Origin: Candidatus Eiseniibacteriota bacterium | GTDB lineage: Bacteria; Eisenbacteria; RBG-16-71-46; CAIMUX01; VGJL01 | Direction: 5' to 3' | Length of the DNA: 64,000 nucleotides | NCBI GenBank assembly: GCA_963792585.1 | Contig: CAWBWI010000003.1 | Location: 352,001 to 416,000 of the forward strand | In this document: piece after piece, positions 34,880-46,400 of the stretch | Position numbering within the stretch: position 1 is the stretch's first letter | How the letters are laid out: every line of letters begins with the position of its first letter | The notes under the pieces: model-generated | Told to the model about the DNA's origin: nothing | Databases searched by the model: none | What the model saw: only the letters and a program-made list of their open reading frames with translations | Program-made: the position numbers and the translations under genes

Positions 34880-35569
34880 ATGGACGGGAGCGTCGTTCGC
34901 CTGGAATCCGTCGTGAAGGACTACGGTGAAACGGTTCTCACGCGCGCCCTCGATGGTGTCGACATGAGGGTCGATGCGGCAGAGTTCACGGCGCTGATCG
35001 GTCCGTCGGGATCCGGGAAGAGCACCCTGCTGAATATCATCGGGCTCCTCGATCGGCCCACGTCCGGCCGCGTGAGCATTGCAGGGATCGACACGTCCGA
35101 CCGTCCCGAGCGGGAACTCACCCGGCTTCGCGGCGGCGAGGTCGGTTTTGTCTTCCAGTTTCACCACCTCCTGCCGGCCTTCACGGCCGAGGAGAACGTC
35201 ATGCTTCCGGCCTACGCGGCTCGCGGACGGCAGGATCGAGCCATGCGGGAGCGGGCGCGCGAGCTTCTCGTCCGCGTCGGTCTCGAGAACAGGATTCTCT
35301 ACAGGTCGAACGACCTATCGGGCGGACAGCAGCAAAGGGTCGCGATCGCGCGCGCGTTGATCGCGAGGCCGCGCCTCGTTCTCGCCGATGAGCCGACGGG
35401 GAATCTCGACACCAAGTCCGCGGACGAAGTCTTCGGTCTCCTTCGCGAGATCAACCGCGAAGATCGCACTGCCTTTCTCATCGTAACCCACGACCCCCGG
35501 ATGGCGGAGCGTTGCGATCGAATCGTCGAACTCGTGGACGGCCGGGTCGTTTCGGACAGGAGGCAATGA
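34880..35569 (+). CDS. ABC ATP-binding subunit, LolD-like
   Basis: [31 protein letters not shown]. Confidence 0.95.
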   Translation: MDGSVVRLESVVKDYGETVLTRALDGVDMRVDAAEFTALIGPSGSGKSTLLNIIGLLDRPTSGRVSIAGIDTSDRPERELTRLRGGEVGFVFQFHHLLPAFTAEENVMLPAYAARGRQDRAMRERARELLVRVGLENRILYRSNDLSGGQQQRVAIARALIARPRLVLADEPTGNLDTKSADEVFGLLREINREDRTAFLIVTHDPRMAERCDRIVELVDGRVVSDRRQ

Positions 35570-36138
35570 AGATGGAAATGATCTTCGCGACCGAACGCCT
35601 GATCATCCGGCGGATTCAGGCAGCCGACGCCGACGCCTGCCATGAATGGATGAGCGATCCGAGGGTCGCCCGGTACGAATACTGGGACCCGTACACGCTC
35701 GAGGCGGTCCGGGCGGAGATGGCGGAAGTCGCCCGGGTGCCGCCGGGGACGATCGGGGTCTGGAATCTCCACGGGGCCTGCTTGAAGGAAACGGAGGAGA
35801 TCATCGGCTGCGTCCTGATCCGGATGAACGATGAGATCAACCGACAGGCTGAGATCGGTTTCCACTTTCACCCCGCGCATTGGGGGCGAGGATATGCGCG
35901 AGAGGCGGCCGCGGGGTTGATCGCCTACGGCTTCCAAGCGATGCGCGCGCACAGGATTCACGGCGTCGCGGACGCGCGCAATGCCGCCTCCATTCGCGTC
36001 ATGGAGCGGCTTGGCATGCGCCGCGAGGCGTGGTTGCGCGAGAACTGCTTCGTCAAAGGCGAGTGGTGCGACGAGGTCGTCTATGCGCTCCTTGCGAGCG
36101 AATGGCCCGGCGCCGCCACAGGCCGTCAGGGCAACTGA
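35566..36138 (+). CDS. RimJ/RimL-family GNAT acetyltransferase
   Basis: [31 protein letters not shown]. Confidence 0.9.
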   Translation: MKMEMIFATERLIIRRIQAADADACHEWMSDPRVARYEYWDPYTLEAVRAEMAEVARVPPGTIGVWNLHGACLKETEEIIGCVLIRMNDEINRQAEIGFHFHPAHWGRGYAREAAAGLIAYGFQAMRAHRIHGVADARNAASIRVMERLGMRREAWLRENCFVKGEWCDEVVYALLASEWPGAATGRQGN

Positions 36139-36614
36139 AACGCCCTGACGAAGTCCGATCCGCTCGAATGACACCCGATACATCCGCTCGGATGACCTGA
36201 GGCGAGCACGCTACCGTCGGGGTGATACTCCGCCCAGTACCAGCCGTCCGAGCGCTTCTCGATCGCCGCGACGAGGGTCTGGACGCCACCAGCGAAGCCG
36301 TCCTTCACGATGATCGACCCGACCGGCCAGGCGGTCGGATGTTGGCCGGAGGTGAGGGTCGTCGCGATCACCGTGTTCACGAAGACGTCAACCGAATCAC
36401 CATGGGGGGCGGAACTTGCCGTCCGCTGCTCGTGTCCGGGCGCCCGCGTCCAAGCACGATAACCCTGCGTGTGGATCTTGGCCCAGAATTCCTGTGCTTC
36501 GTTCGTTTGCTGCGGGTCCGTGCCGTACGACGTCTTGTTGTCGTAGCAGCCGCTTCCGGCTACGAGCATCGCGGCGAGGAGGAGCCATCCTCGGTGCATC
36601 TTCCGGGACTTCAT
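36126..36614 (-). CDS. Cytochrome P460-family lipoprotein
   Basis: Lipobox [22 protein letters not shown]-terminal heme motif CIGCH. Confidence 0.75.
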   Translation of the reverse strand: MKSRKMHRGWLLLAAMLVAGSGCYDNKTSYGTDPQQTNEAQEFWAKIHTQGYRAWTRAPGHEQRTASSAPHGDSVDVFVNTVIATTLTSGQHPTAWPVGSIIVKDGFAGGVQTLVAAIEKRSDGWYWAEYHPDGSVLASGHPSGCIGCHSSGSDFVRAFQLP

Positions 36615-36830
36615 GGAGGGAACCTCCGATGGATCCGCGCGCGGAACGGCCCGTCGGACGGGGATCCAGACTGGCGGCCAAACGAACATAGTCGCCGGAG
36701 GAACTTCCCGGATACATCCCGCCGCTCGTGAATGTCGGCCCGGGGCGGGGAGCAGTCCTCAGCCCGAATACGAAGGCGGTCCGGTCGCCCGAACCGCCCT
36801 CCAGGACCCGAAGCGCAAAGGCGCCATGGA

Positions 36831-38092
36831 TCAGCCCCCGTACATCTCCATGATCTCCTTCTTGCCCTTGCCGAGGATTCCGTACTTCGCGCCGACCTTC
36901 TTGAAGGCCTCGAGCGCGATCTTCAGATCCTCGATCTCGTGCGCGGCGGAGATCTGTGTGCGGATGCGCGCCGGCTCCCTTCGGCACGACGGGGAAGAAG
37001 AAGCCGATCACGTAGACTCCCTCGGCGAAGAGGTCGCGGGCCATGTCGGAGGCGAGCTTCGCGTTGTAGAGCATGACCGGAACGATCGGGCTGTCACCGG
37101 CCTTGAGATCGAATCCCGCCTCGGTGAGTCCCTTGCGCCAGTACACGGTGTTCTTCTCGAGCTTGTCGCGCCGCTCGGTGCTGGCAGAGATGAGGTCGAT
37201 GACTTTGATCGCCCCGTTGACGATCACCGGCGGCATCGTGTTGGAGAAGAGATAGGGACGCGCCTTCTGGCGACAGAGTTCGACGATTTCGCGCCGGCCG
37301 CTCACGCAGCCGCCGGAGGCGCCGCCGAGCGCCTTGCCGAGCGTGGTCGTGATGATGTCGATCTTGCCCACGACGCCGCAATGCTCCTGCGTCCCGCGTC
37401 CGGTCTTGCCCATGAAGCCGCTCGCGTGCGAGTCGTCGAGGAAGATCATGGCGTCGTAGCGCTCGGCCAGCTGCGACGATCTTGTCGAGGGGGGCGATAT
37501 CGCCGTCCATCGAGAAGACGCCGTCGGTGATGATCAGGCGGATCCGCGCATCCTGGTGCTCCTGCAGCTTCTCCTCGAGGTGACCCATGTCGGAGTGCTT
37601 GTAGGTGTCCCGCCGCGTCTTGCGCTTCTGCTCACAGAGCGTGATGCCGTCGATGATGGAAGCGTGGACGAGACGATCGGAGATCATCACGTCCTGATCG
37701 TTCAGCACCGCCTCGAAGACGCCGGCGTTCGCGTCCATGCAGGAAGGGAAGAGAACCGTGTCTTCGGTGCCGAGGAACGCAGTCAGCTTCTGCTCGAGCG
37801 TGCGGTGGATATCCTGGGTGCCACAGATGAATCTCACCGATGACATCCCGTAGCCGCGCGTGTCGAGACCCTCGTGGGCCGCTTTGATCACGTCGGGGTG
37901 GCTGGATAGCCCCAGGTAGTTGTTCGCGCAGAGGTTGATCACCCTCTTCGGCGCCGAACCGCGCGGGAACTCGACTTCGATGTGGGAAGCTTGAGGGGAG
38001 TGGATGAACCGCTCCTCCTTGAGGAGTCCCTGATCCTTGATATCCGCCAACTCGGTCTGGAGCGAACCCCGGACCTTCTCGCTGATCGCCAT
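36831..38092 (-). CDS. kbl: Glycine C-acetyltransferase (alpha-oxoamine synthase family; frameshifted)
   Basis: CANNYLGL, SVRFICGT, DGVFSMDGD, DDSHA, TTLGKALGG (PLP lysine), RPYLFSN. Confidence 0.88.
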
Positions 38093-38103
38093 GTCGTCCC
38101 CCC

Positions 38104-38355
38104 CTAGGCCTGGGTGAACTCGCGAACCAGCTTCGCGATCTTCGTGACCGAGTCGAACGCTTCAGGCGAAGCCTTGGCGTCGGGAATCGAGATCTTGTAC
38201 TTCTTCTCGAGGAAGGCCTTCAGCGAGACCATCGAGAAGGAGTCGACGATCCCGCTCGAAATGAGCGGGGAATCGACGTCGATCTCGGTATCCGAGTCCT
38301 CGTCGAGGTATTCCTTCTTCACGTACTCCAGGATTGCCTTGTGCAGCTCGTCCAT
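38104..38355 (-). CDS. Acyl carrier protein
   Basis: 83 aa, acidic, with phosphopantetheine site GIVDSFSMV. Confidence 0.88.
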   Translation of the reverse strand: MDELHKAILEYVKKEYLDEDSDTEIDVDSPLISSGIVDSFSMVSLKAFLEKKYKISIPDAKASPEAFDSVTKIAKLVREFTQA

Positions 38356-38413
38356 CTCATCCTCCCCTTGCTTCAGTCCACACCCATGGAACGTTCTAGA
38401 GAACCGGTTTCGA

Positions 38414-40114
38414 CTAGTCGTTTTCCAGCGTCGAGGTATCGCCGATCGGCTCGCCCCACTCCTTCGCGCGCAGGAGGCGCCGGAGAATCTTCCCGCTGCG
38501 CGTCTTGGGCAGCGACGGGACGAACTCGATCTCCTGGGGCATCGCGAGCGGAGAGAGCCGCTTGCGGATGTAGTTCATGATGTCCAGCTCGAGATCGTCG
38601 CTGGCTACGAAGCCCGGCTTCAGGGCGACGAAAGCCTTCACGACCTCCATGTTGACCGGGTCGGGCTTGCCCACGGCGGCCGACTCCGCGACCGCCGGGT
38701 GCTCGAGCAACGCCGATTCGATCTCGAACGGGCCGACGAGGTGGCCGCCCGTGTTGATGACGTCGTCATCGCGGCCCACGAACCAGAAGTAGCCCTCCGG
38801 GTCGATCGACGAGCGGTCGCCGCAGAGGTACCAGCCGTTCTTGAACTTCCCCTCGTAGGTCGTCGGGTTCTTCCAGTAGGTTCGGAACATCGACGGCCAG
38901 CCGGGTCGCAGGGCGATCAGCCCGACCTTGCCCGGATCGTTGATCGGCTCGAACGACTGAGGGTCGACGACCGTTGCGGTGATTCCGGGGAACGGCTTGC
39001 CCATCGAACCGGGCTTGATCGGCATACCGGGGTAGTTCGAGATCATGATCGAGCCTGTCTCGGTTTGCCAGTACGAGTCGTGGAACATCATCCCGTAGGC
39101 TTCCTTCGACCAGATGACCGCCTCGGCGTTCAACGGCTCGCCCACGCTGGCGAGGTGGCGGAGCGAGGACAGGTCGTGTTTCCTCACCAGCTCGACGCCG
39201 TCCTTCATCAGGAGACGGATCGCGGTCGGCGCGGAATACCAGACCGTGACCTTGTACTTCTCGATCGTCTTGTACCAACGTTCGCTCGAGAAGCCGCTGT
39301 CGAGGACGACCTGGGTCACGCCGCAGCTCCACGGCCCGATGATCCCATACGAAGTCCCCGTGACCCAGCCGGGGTCGGCCGTGCACCAGTAGATGTCGTC
39401 CTTGGTGACGTCGAGCACCCACTTCGTCGAGAGGTGCTGCGCGAAGATCGATCCATGGACGTGCAACGCGCCCTTCGGCTTGCCCGTCGTGCCGGATGTG
39501 TAGTGGAGGACCGAAGGGGTCTCCGCATCGGCCTTGAACCAGTCGAGCGTCTCGACGCGCGGCGCCTTGGCGAAGTCGAAGGCGAGCTCGCCTTCCTTCA
39601 TCTTCTCTGCCTCACCGTCCACTACAATTATATGGCGCAGGGACGGAAGCTGCTCACGGATGCGCCGGACCTTGTTCGCGTGCTTCTTGGTCGTGATGAC
39701 CGCCGCCGTCTGCGCGTCCTCGAGTCGGGTGATCAGCGAGTCCTCCCCGAAGGCGGAGAAGAGCGGTTGGGCGATCGATCCGTTCTTCAGGATCCCGAGG
39801 AACGAGAAGTAGAGGTCGGGCACCTTGTCCATGAAGATGCAGACGCGGTCGCCGACGCCGATCCCGATCTGGCGCAGCATGGTCGTGAACGCGTTCGAAT
39901 GCACCCGGAGATCGTCGAACGTGTACCGGCGTTCCTCGCCGTCGAAACCTTCCCAGATCATCGCGGTCTTCTGACCCAGACCTTGATCACAGATCCGGTC
40001 GGAGCAGAAGGCGCCGATGTTGAGCGGACTGCCGTCCCGGTACCCGAGTTCCTGCTTGGCGAGGCTCCAGTCGAAGCCCTCGAGACGCTCCTCGTAAGAG
40101 CGGATATTGCTCAC
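38414..40114 (-). CDS. acsA: Acetate--CoA/acyl ligase (AMP-forming)
   Basis: YTSGTTGKPKG, WCTADPGWVTG, SVGEPLN, WQTETG, PKTRSGKILRR. Confidence 0.9.
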   Translation of the reverse strand: MSNIRSYEERLEGFDWSLAKQELGYRDGSPLNIGAFCSDRICDQGLGQKTAMIWEGFDGEERRYTFDDLRVHSNAFTTMLRQIGIGVGDRVCIFMDKVPDLYFSFLGILKNGSIAQPLFSAFGEDSLITRLEDAQTAAVITTKKHANKVRRIREQLPSLRHIIVVDGEAEKMKEGELAFDFAKAPRVETLDWFKADAETPSVLHYTSGTTGKPKGALHVHGSIFAQHLSTKWVLDVTKDDIYWCTADPGWVTGTSYGIIGPWSCGVTQVVLDSGFSSERWYKTIEKYKVTVWYSAPTAIRLLMKDGVELVRKHDLSSLRHLASVGEPLNAEAVIWSKEAYGMMFHDSYWQTETGSIMISNYPGMPIKPGSMGKPFPGITATVVDPQSFEPINDPGKVGLIALRPGWPSMFRTYWKNPTTYEGKFKNGWYLCGDRSSIDPEGYFWFVGRDDDVINTGGHLVGPFEIESALLEHPAVAESAAVGKPDPVNMEVVKAFVALKPGFVASDDLELDIMNYIRKRLSPLAMPQEIEFVPSLPKTRSGKILRRLLRAKEWGEPIGDTSTLEND

Positions 40115-40399
40115 CTTTCCTCCTCCTCCCTCCTTCGTCGGCCACCCTGAAAAGCGGCGTCACCGCTGCGCGCTAGAGTACCAAGGGGGCCGGGGAAGGC
40201 ACAAGCGGCGGGGGAGGGTGTAGCGCGTCAGGCCGGCCTCTGCGCCGACTCCGGACGCGGTGGGGGGTGGGTCGGAGGTCCGCTCCCGGCCCCCGTCCAA
40301 CATTCAGCGCGCCTTGCCGATGCGGGCGGGAGCGTGCTAGCGTGGGCTGCTTTCCCGAAGGCCGCGGGATCGGTGGGACTCCGGAACAGGAAGGATCGG

Positions 40400-41830
40400 A
40401 TGATGGATCCGTTCGATCAGTACGCCGACGAGATGGTCGGCCGGGCATGGGAAGCCGGTGAGAAGTTCCGCCAGTTCACGCAGGAGCAGGTCGACCGGAT
40501 CGTAACGGCGGTCTTCGAGGCTGCCTACGACGCCCGGCTCGAGCTGGCCCGCCTCGCCCACGAAGAGACCGGAATGGGCCTCTACGAGCACAAGGTGATC
40601 AAGAATGCCTGGGCGAGTCTCCTGGTTTACGAGGACATCCGCGAGAAGAAGACGGTGGGGATGATCTCCCACGATCCATCCACCGGAATCACCGAAATCG
40701 CCCAGCCCAAGGGAGTCATCCTGGCGACGATCCCCGTCACGAACCCTACGTCCACGACGATCTTCAAGGCCCTGATCTGCCTCAAGACCCGCAACCCGCT
40801 GATATTGAGTCCGCACCGGGCGGCCCGGAAGGCGACCCGCAGAGCGGCCGAGATCCTCGCGGAGGCGGCCTATCGGGCCGGTGCGCCAACCGATTCGATC
40901 CAGTGGATCACCAAGGCCGAGAGCGAGTACTTCGAGCGGATGATCCGCCACCGCAAGCTCTCGCTCATCCTGGCCACGGGGACGAGCGAGATCGTGCGCA
41001 AGGTGCAGGCGGCGGGGAAGCCGGCGCTGGGCGTCGGTCCCGGAAATGTCCCCGTATACGTTTCGCGATCCTCCGATCTTCAGCTCGCGGCGCAGTCGAT
41101 TGTACATTCGAAGACATTCGACAACGGGACCGTTTGTGCAAGCGAGCAGGCGATCGTCATGCAAGAGGTCGTCGACCACGCGCTACGACCGTTGATGGTG
41201 GAACGCGGGGCATACTTCTGCAGCGAAGAGCAGATGCGCGCACTCGGACCGGTCTGCTACGACGCGGAGCGACGGATGATGCGGGCCGACATCGTCGGCA
41301 AGCCGGCGGCCGAGATCGCCGCGAAGGCGGGCTTCGAGGTGCCCGAAGGGACTCGCCTCTTGATCGCGGAACCCGAGGGGATTGGCGCGGAACACCCGCT
41401 GTCGCACGAGATCCTCGCGCCGGTGCTCTCGTGGTACCGCGTTGCCGACTACGCGGCGGCGATTCGCACCTGCGAGGCACTGAACCACCTCGGGGGGATC
41501 GGTCACACCGTCGGCCTGTACACGAACGAGGAGCGGATCGTCACCGACTTCGCCAAGATGAATGCCGGACGGATCGTTGTGAACACTCCATCGACCGAGG
41601 GGGCCATCGGAGGCATCTACAACGGCCTATCGCCGTCGCTGACCCTTGCGTGTGGAACCGGGGCGGGGAACCTCAGCACCGACAACATCACCGTCGAGCA
41701 CTTGCTCAACATCCACCGTGTCGCGCGCCGGCGGCTGAACCCACGCTGGGCGAGCGTGCCGAGGGAGACATGGCTCGATCCGCGGGTGGGGCCGAAGGGG
41801 ATCCTGGAGATCTACAACCGGAATTACTAG
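40400..41830 (+). CDS. CoA-acylating aldehyde dehydrogenase (AdhE N-domain/EutE-like)
   Basis: PVTNPTST, ILATG, GVGPGNVP, SKTFDNGTVCASEQ, PSLTLACG, DNITVEHLLN. Confidence 0.9.
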   Translation: MMDPFDQYADEMVGRAWEAGEKFRQFTQEQVDRIVTAVFEAAYDARLELARLAHEETGMGLYEHKVIKNAWASLLVYEDIREKKTVGMISHDPSTGITEIAQPKGVILATIPVTNPTSTTIFKALICLKTRNPLILSPHRAARKATRRAAEILAEAAYRAGAPTDSIQWITKAESEYFERMIRHRKLSLILATGTSEIVRKVQAAGKPALGVGPGNVPVYVSRSSDLQLAAQSIVHSKTFDNGTVCASEQAIVMQEVVDHALRPLMVERGAYFCSEEQMRALGPVCYDAERRMMRADIVGKPAAEIAAKAGFEVPEGTRLLIAEPEGIGAEHPLSHEILAPVLSWYRVADYAAAIRTCEALNHLGGIGHTVGLYTNEERIVTDFAKMNAGRIVVNTPSTEGAIGGIYNGLSPSLTLACGTGAGNLSTDNITVEHLLNIHRVARRRLNPRWASVPRETWLDPRVGPKGILEIYNRNY

Positions 41831-41893
41831 GGGCGGGTGATCCGCCCCTCACGATCCTGCTATTCCCGGGGTACCCCGGGTCTTCGGTTGCTC

Positions 41894-42958
41894 CTAGAAC
41901 TCCACCTTGCACTCGTGCGCCCGCTCCAAGAAGCAGACCAGGAGCTTGACGGTCGCCTCGAGGTCGGCTTTGTGGATCATCTCGTTCGGCGAGTGGACGT
42001 AGCGGGTCGGCACGGAGAGCGTGCAGACGGGACCCTGACCGAAGAGCTGCATGCCCATCGCGTCGGTCCCGCCGAAGGGCAGGATCTCCATCTGGTGCTT
42101 GATCTTGTTCTTCACGGCGAGCTGCTTCATGAAGCGGACGATTCCGTGGTTGGAGATGGTCGCGCTGTCGTTGATCTTGATGGCGACCCCGCCCCCCAAG
42201 GTGGTGACGTATTGATGCTCGGCCACCCCGGGTGTGTCGAACGCTCCGGTGACGTCGATCGCCACCCCGAGATCGGGATTGATGACCCTCGCGGCCCCGC
42301 GGGCGCCGCGCACCCCGACTTCCTCCTGCGCGCTGCCGACGGCATACACCTCCACGCAATGCCCGCTCAGTCGGCGGGCGGCCTCCAGTACCGCGTAGCA
42401 TCCTACCCGGTTGTCGAAGGCCTTGGAGATGTAGGAGTCTCCTTGGGCCATGAATCCCCGCTCGAGGACGATCGGATCCCCGACCTCGACGAGCTTCCGC
42501 AGTGCGCTTTCGCGCAGTCCGGTATCGATGAAGCAGTTCTTGATCTCGGCGGCCTTCTGCATTTCATCGGGCTGTCCGATGAATGCGGGGGCGCCTTCGA
42601 CGATACCGATGATCTCTTGCCGCCCGATGATCCGCACGCGCTGCGAGTAGAGCACCTTCGGGATGTGGCCGCCGCGGGGGGCGAGACGGATGAACCCTCG
42701 CTTGTCGATGTGGCTGACGACGAAACCGATTTCGTCCATGTGACCGACGATCATGACCTTGAGCGGGGGGGCCTTCTTCGAGCCGGCCTTTGCGGCACGT
42801 TTAACCCCGATCACGTTTCCCAGACCGTCCACGCGAACCTCGTCGCAGCTCTTCTTGAGTTCGCGCTCCATCAAGCTGATCATCGATTGCTCGCGTCCGG
42901 GGATCGCGGGCGTCTCACACAGCTCTTTGAGCAGCTCCATTCCCGTCAGGGTCTTCAT
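41894..42958 (-). CDS. M42-family aminopeptidase
   Basis: GHMDEIG, KAFDNRVG, QEEVGVRGA, AIDVT, GGTDA, RYVHS. Confidence 0.93.
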   Translation of the reverse strand: MKTLTGMELLKELCETPAIPGREQSMISLMERELKKSCDEVRVDGLGNVIGVKRAAKAGSKKAPPLKVMIVGHMDEIGFVVSHIDKRGFIRLAPRGGHIPKVLYSQRVRIIGRQEIIGIVEGAPAFIGQPDEMQKAAEIKNCFIDTGLRESALRKLVEVGDPIVLERGFMAQGDSYISKAFDNRVGCYAVLEAARRLSGHCVEVYAVGSAQEEVGVRGARGAARVINPDLGVAIDVTGAFDTPGVAEHQYVTTLGGGVAIKINDSATISNHGIVRFMKQLAVKNKIKHQMEILPFGGTDAMGMQLFGQGPVCTLSVPTRYVHSPNEMIHKADLEATVKLLVCFLERAHECKVEF

Positions 42959-43188
42959 GCTTCCTCCTCGTTGCACGGGTCGGCGGACCGCGATCGTGGC
43001 CGTGATCCCACGATCGTCGACGGCCATGAGCGTAGCGGGTCCCGGGGCGGCAGGAAGCCCATTTTCCACAGAGGGCATCGGGAGGGCACCATGGGCGCGC
43101 GTCGGAGGAAGCTCGTGGTAGACTGCCGCACGGTTCGATCATTCCCGGCCAAGAGGCTGTGGGGCGGGCGGGTCACAGGGGAGTTTTC

Positions 43189-43461
43189 ATGGAGCAATCA
43201 CACGAGGCGGATCACGGGTTCTCCTTCCGCCGGACGAAGGACGGCCAGGTCTTCATTCGCCGCGAAGGGCGGATCGTGGTCACCCTCCGTGGCGACGCGG
43301 CCGGGGGCTTTCTTTCTGAGATCGAGGGCGCCTCGATCATCGAACAGCAACAGGTCATGGCGTGTGTTACCGGCAACTACAAGCGGGGGAACGAGCGGCG
43401 GGCGGCGGAACATCCGCGAAATCGGCCGGTGGCGCAACGGCGGCGAAAGGAGGACGCATGA
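43189..43461 (+). CDS. Small hypothetical protein
   Basis: 90 aa after a GGGAG ribosome-binding site, containing TKDGQVFI...TGNYKRGNER. Stop overlaps the next ATG. Confidence 0.7.
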   Translation: MEQSHEADHGFSFRRTKDGQVFIRREGRIVVTLRGDAAGGFLSEIEGASIIEQQQVMACVTGNYKRGNERRAAEHPRNRPVAQRRRKEDA

Positions 43462-46400
43462 GCGGGTCACGCGTGGGGATCTGTGTCTTCGGCGTCTTGT
43501 TCTTCATGCTCACGAGTTCCGTGGGAGCGGGTGTGGTGGCGCCCTACCCGCCTTCGGAGTTCTTCAACGCGGACCCCGTTCCGCTTCCCATGCGACCACC
43601 GGGGAATCCGCTGGACTACGCAGCGGCCCGCATCGGCCTCGACATCCGAGGCGTGGAGCTTCCTCGGGCGTACGAGGGCGGATATCGACTCGCCTGCCGG
43701 TTCCCGATCATCGATGCGGTGTCGAACCGGCCCCTCTATATGAAGGAGTGGGCCGAGGGGACGACATCGTCGATTGACAGAGAGCATCGTGAGAACAAGC
43801 TCCTCGCCGTGCGTCGGGCGTTGGCCCTGCTCCGCGGGCTCGAGGGGAGCGCCGCCCTCGTGGGCGATGCCGGCGGCCACCGCCATTCGCCTCCCGGAGA
43901 TGCGAACGTTGCATTGAAGGCAGCCCTCGCCCCGTCGGGCATCACCCCGGCGTACTCCGCCGCGGTGATCGATCTCTACACGTCATACCTGACGGCCGCC
44001 GCACTTGCCGCATCCGGCGTTTCGGCCCTCAACGTGGAGGACCGCACTTTCTTCGCCGCCAATCCGGGCTATTTCCTCGCGCCCGACGGCGAGCGGATGC
44101 CCGATTTGACCGGCAACGTCGACACCCACTTCCGATTCGTCGAGAAGGCCCGGCGCGTTCGCTTCGAGGAGATCTTCGCCGCCGCGGACACGTTGGCCGT
44201 GGCCGCGCAGGCATACGTCGATCGCACCGCGGGATGGAAGTCGTCCGATTTTCTGATCGATCCCGCGAGACCGTTTGCTGGTGTGCGGTTCGGCGATCTC
44301 ACGATCACGGGTGTTGGGGTCGACACGCACGCCGGCACCGCGCTGCTCTCGATCGACCTGGGGGGCGACGATCTCTATCCGCAGGGCGCGGGGGCCTGCC
44401 CGATGGAGGGCGGTCACGTCGCGCTCTGCATCGACCATGGCGGCAACGATCGGTACGACGCGGGGAATGGACGTTACGTCCAGGGGTTCGGCTTTCTAGG
44501 CGCGGGCTACCTGATCGATCTGGCCGGGAGCGACGTCTACCATTCCGGGCCCTTCTCCCAGGCCGCGGGGATCCTCGGCGTCGGGACGATCTGGGACGCC
44601 GCGGGTGACGATAGCTACTCCGGCGGGGCGTTCGTGCAAGGAGCGGGAATGTTCGGGTTGGGGATCCTGCTCGACTCCGCCGGGGAGGATCGATACGAGT
44701 GCGCCACGGTCGGTCAGGGTGGGGCGACGACGCTGGGACTCGGGATCCTCTCCGACCTGGAGGGGGACGATCGCTACGAACTGGGGCTGGGCCGAGCCGG
44801 TGACTCGATGGGGCAGGGCCCCGGCTTCGGACAGGGAGGCGCCCTCTCGTTCCGCCATCTTCCGTGGACGAAGAAGCTCACGGCGTACGGTGGCGTCGGT
44901 GTCCTGACCGACGCGGGCGGGAACGATCGCTATCGGTCGGGTGGTTGGTGCGATCAGGGCGGCAGCTACATCATGTCGCTCGGCGTGTTGAACGATGGCG
45001 ATGGGAATGACCACTACACGAGCCTGACAGGGCTGGGGAGCGGCATCCACATCACCAACGCGATCCTCATCGATCGCAAGGGCAACGACATCTATGAAGG
45101 GGCGTTCCGGTCCGGAGGCTCGGGGGGCGATCGCTCGCCGGGCTTCCTGATCGACTATGAGGGGAACGACGTCTACGAATCGAAGAGCTCCTGCTTCGGC
45201 ACCGGTTGCAAGCCCTTCTGCGTTTCGCTCTTCATCGACTATGGCGGCAACGACACCTACGTGAGCCCCGAGCCGAAGGGACCGATCCTCTTCAATCTGT
45301 GGGACAGCGTCGGCGGCGTATGGCCCGAGTCGGAGCCGTATCTGTGGCCGTATGCGCTCTGCCTCGACCTGGGCGGCAAGGACGACTACCGGATTCGCAA
45401 CCGGGCCAACGACGCGGAACGTCACAGCTTCGGCCATGGCCTCCAGCTCGATACGGAATGGGCTGGCGGGGACGTCATCGGTCCGATCGCGAGCCCGCTG
45501 TCCGCTTACCGACCACAGCCAATCCCGCCCGAGGTCGAGGCCTCCCGCTGGGCAAACGAGATCCGGGCACTTCAGAATCCCGATCTCTTCGCGCGATTTC
45601 AGGCCGTTGGCAGGATCGTGGTGGCGGACTCGTCGATCATTCCGCCCCTCATCCGGACGCTGATCGCTTCCGATCATCGGCCGTACAACCGAGACCTCAC
45701 CGAGTGTCTCCACTACTTCCTCGCAGACGGGAAGATCACGGACGCGAGCGGGCCACTCCTGGCCGCGCTGCTGCATGCCCGGGATCCCGAGGTGCGGACG
45801 ATCTTCGCCATGGATATCGGGAACTGGAAGCTGCCGGATTGCGAGGACGCGCTCATCAAGGCGGCGCGGATGGATCCGTCGTCGGCGGTCCGTGTGGCGG
45901 CAGTCGCAGCTCTCCAAGAGCTGGCGTCCACGAACGCGATCGCGCCCGTAAGGGCGCTCACCGGCCGCGATCCATCGGACGAGGTGCGCCGTGTTTCCGC
46001 CCGCTTCCTCGGGCGCGTGGATGGCGCGGCTTCCCTCGATCTCCTCCAGGAGACCCTCCGGGACGATCCCAGTCCACCGGTTCGTGTTGCGGCCGCCGAG
46101 GCGCTCACGCGACTGCGCGATCCCCGCGCGTTGGATGCGCTGCGCGCGGCGGCGCGCTCGAAGGATGTCTATCTCCAACGTGCGGCCGCGAAGGGAATGG
46201 CGAGCCTGTACGACGTCGATGGAATCGGCGTACTGATCGAATCGCTCACATTTCCATCGATCGACGCCTTCGTGAACTATGGCGTCAACGTCCCGAACGC
46301 CGTGTCCGCCTTCGCGGGCGTCGACATGCCGGAAGACCAGCGCTACGACCAGCAGAAGTGGCGGGACTGGTTCCGTGCGAACCGAGAGAAGATCGACATC

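Noticed and set aside
36831..38092. Serine palmitoyltransferase completing the sphingolipid pathway
   Set aside because: SVRFICGT, TTLGKALGG and RPYLFSN are Kbl-type motifs.
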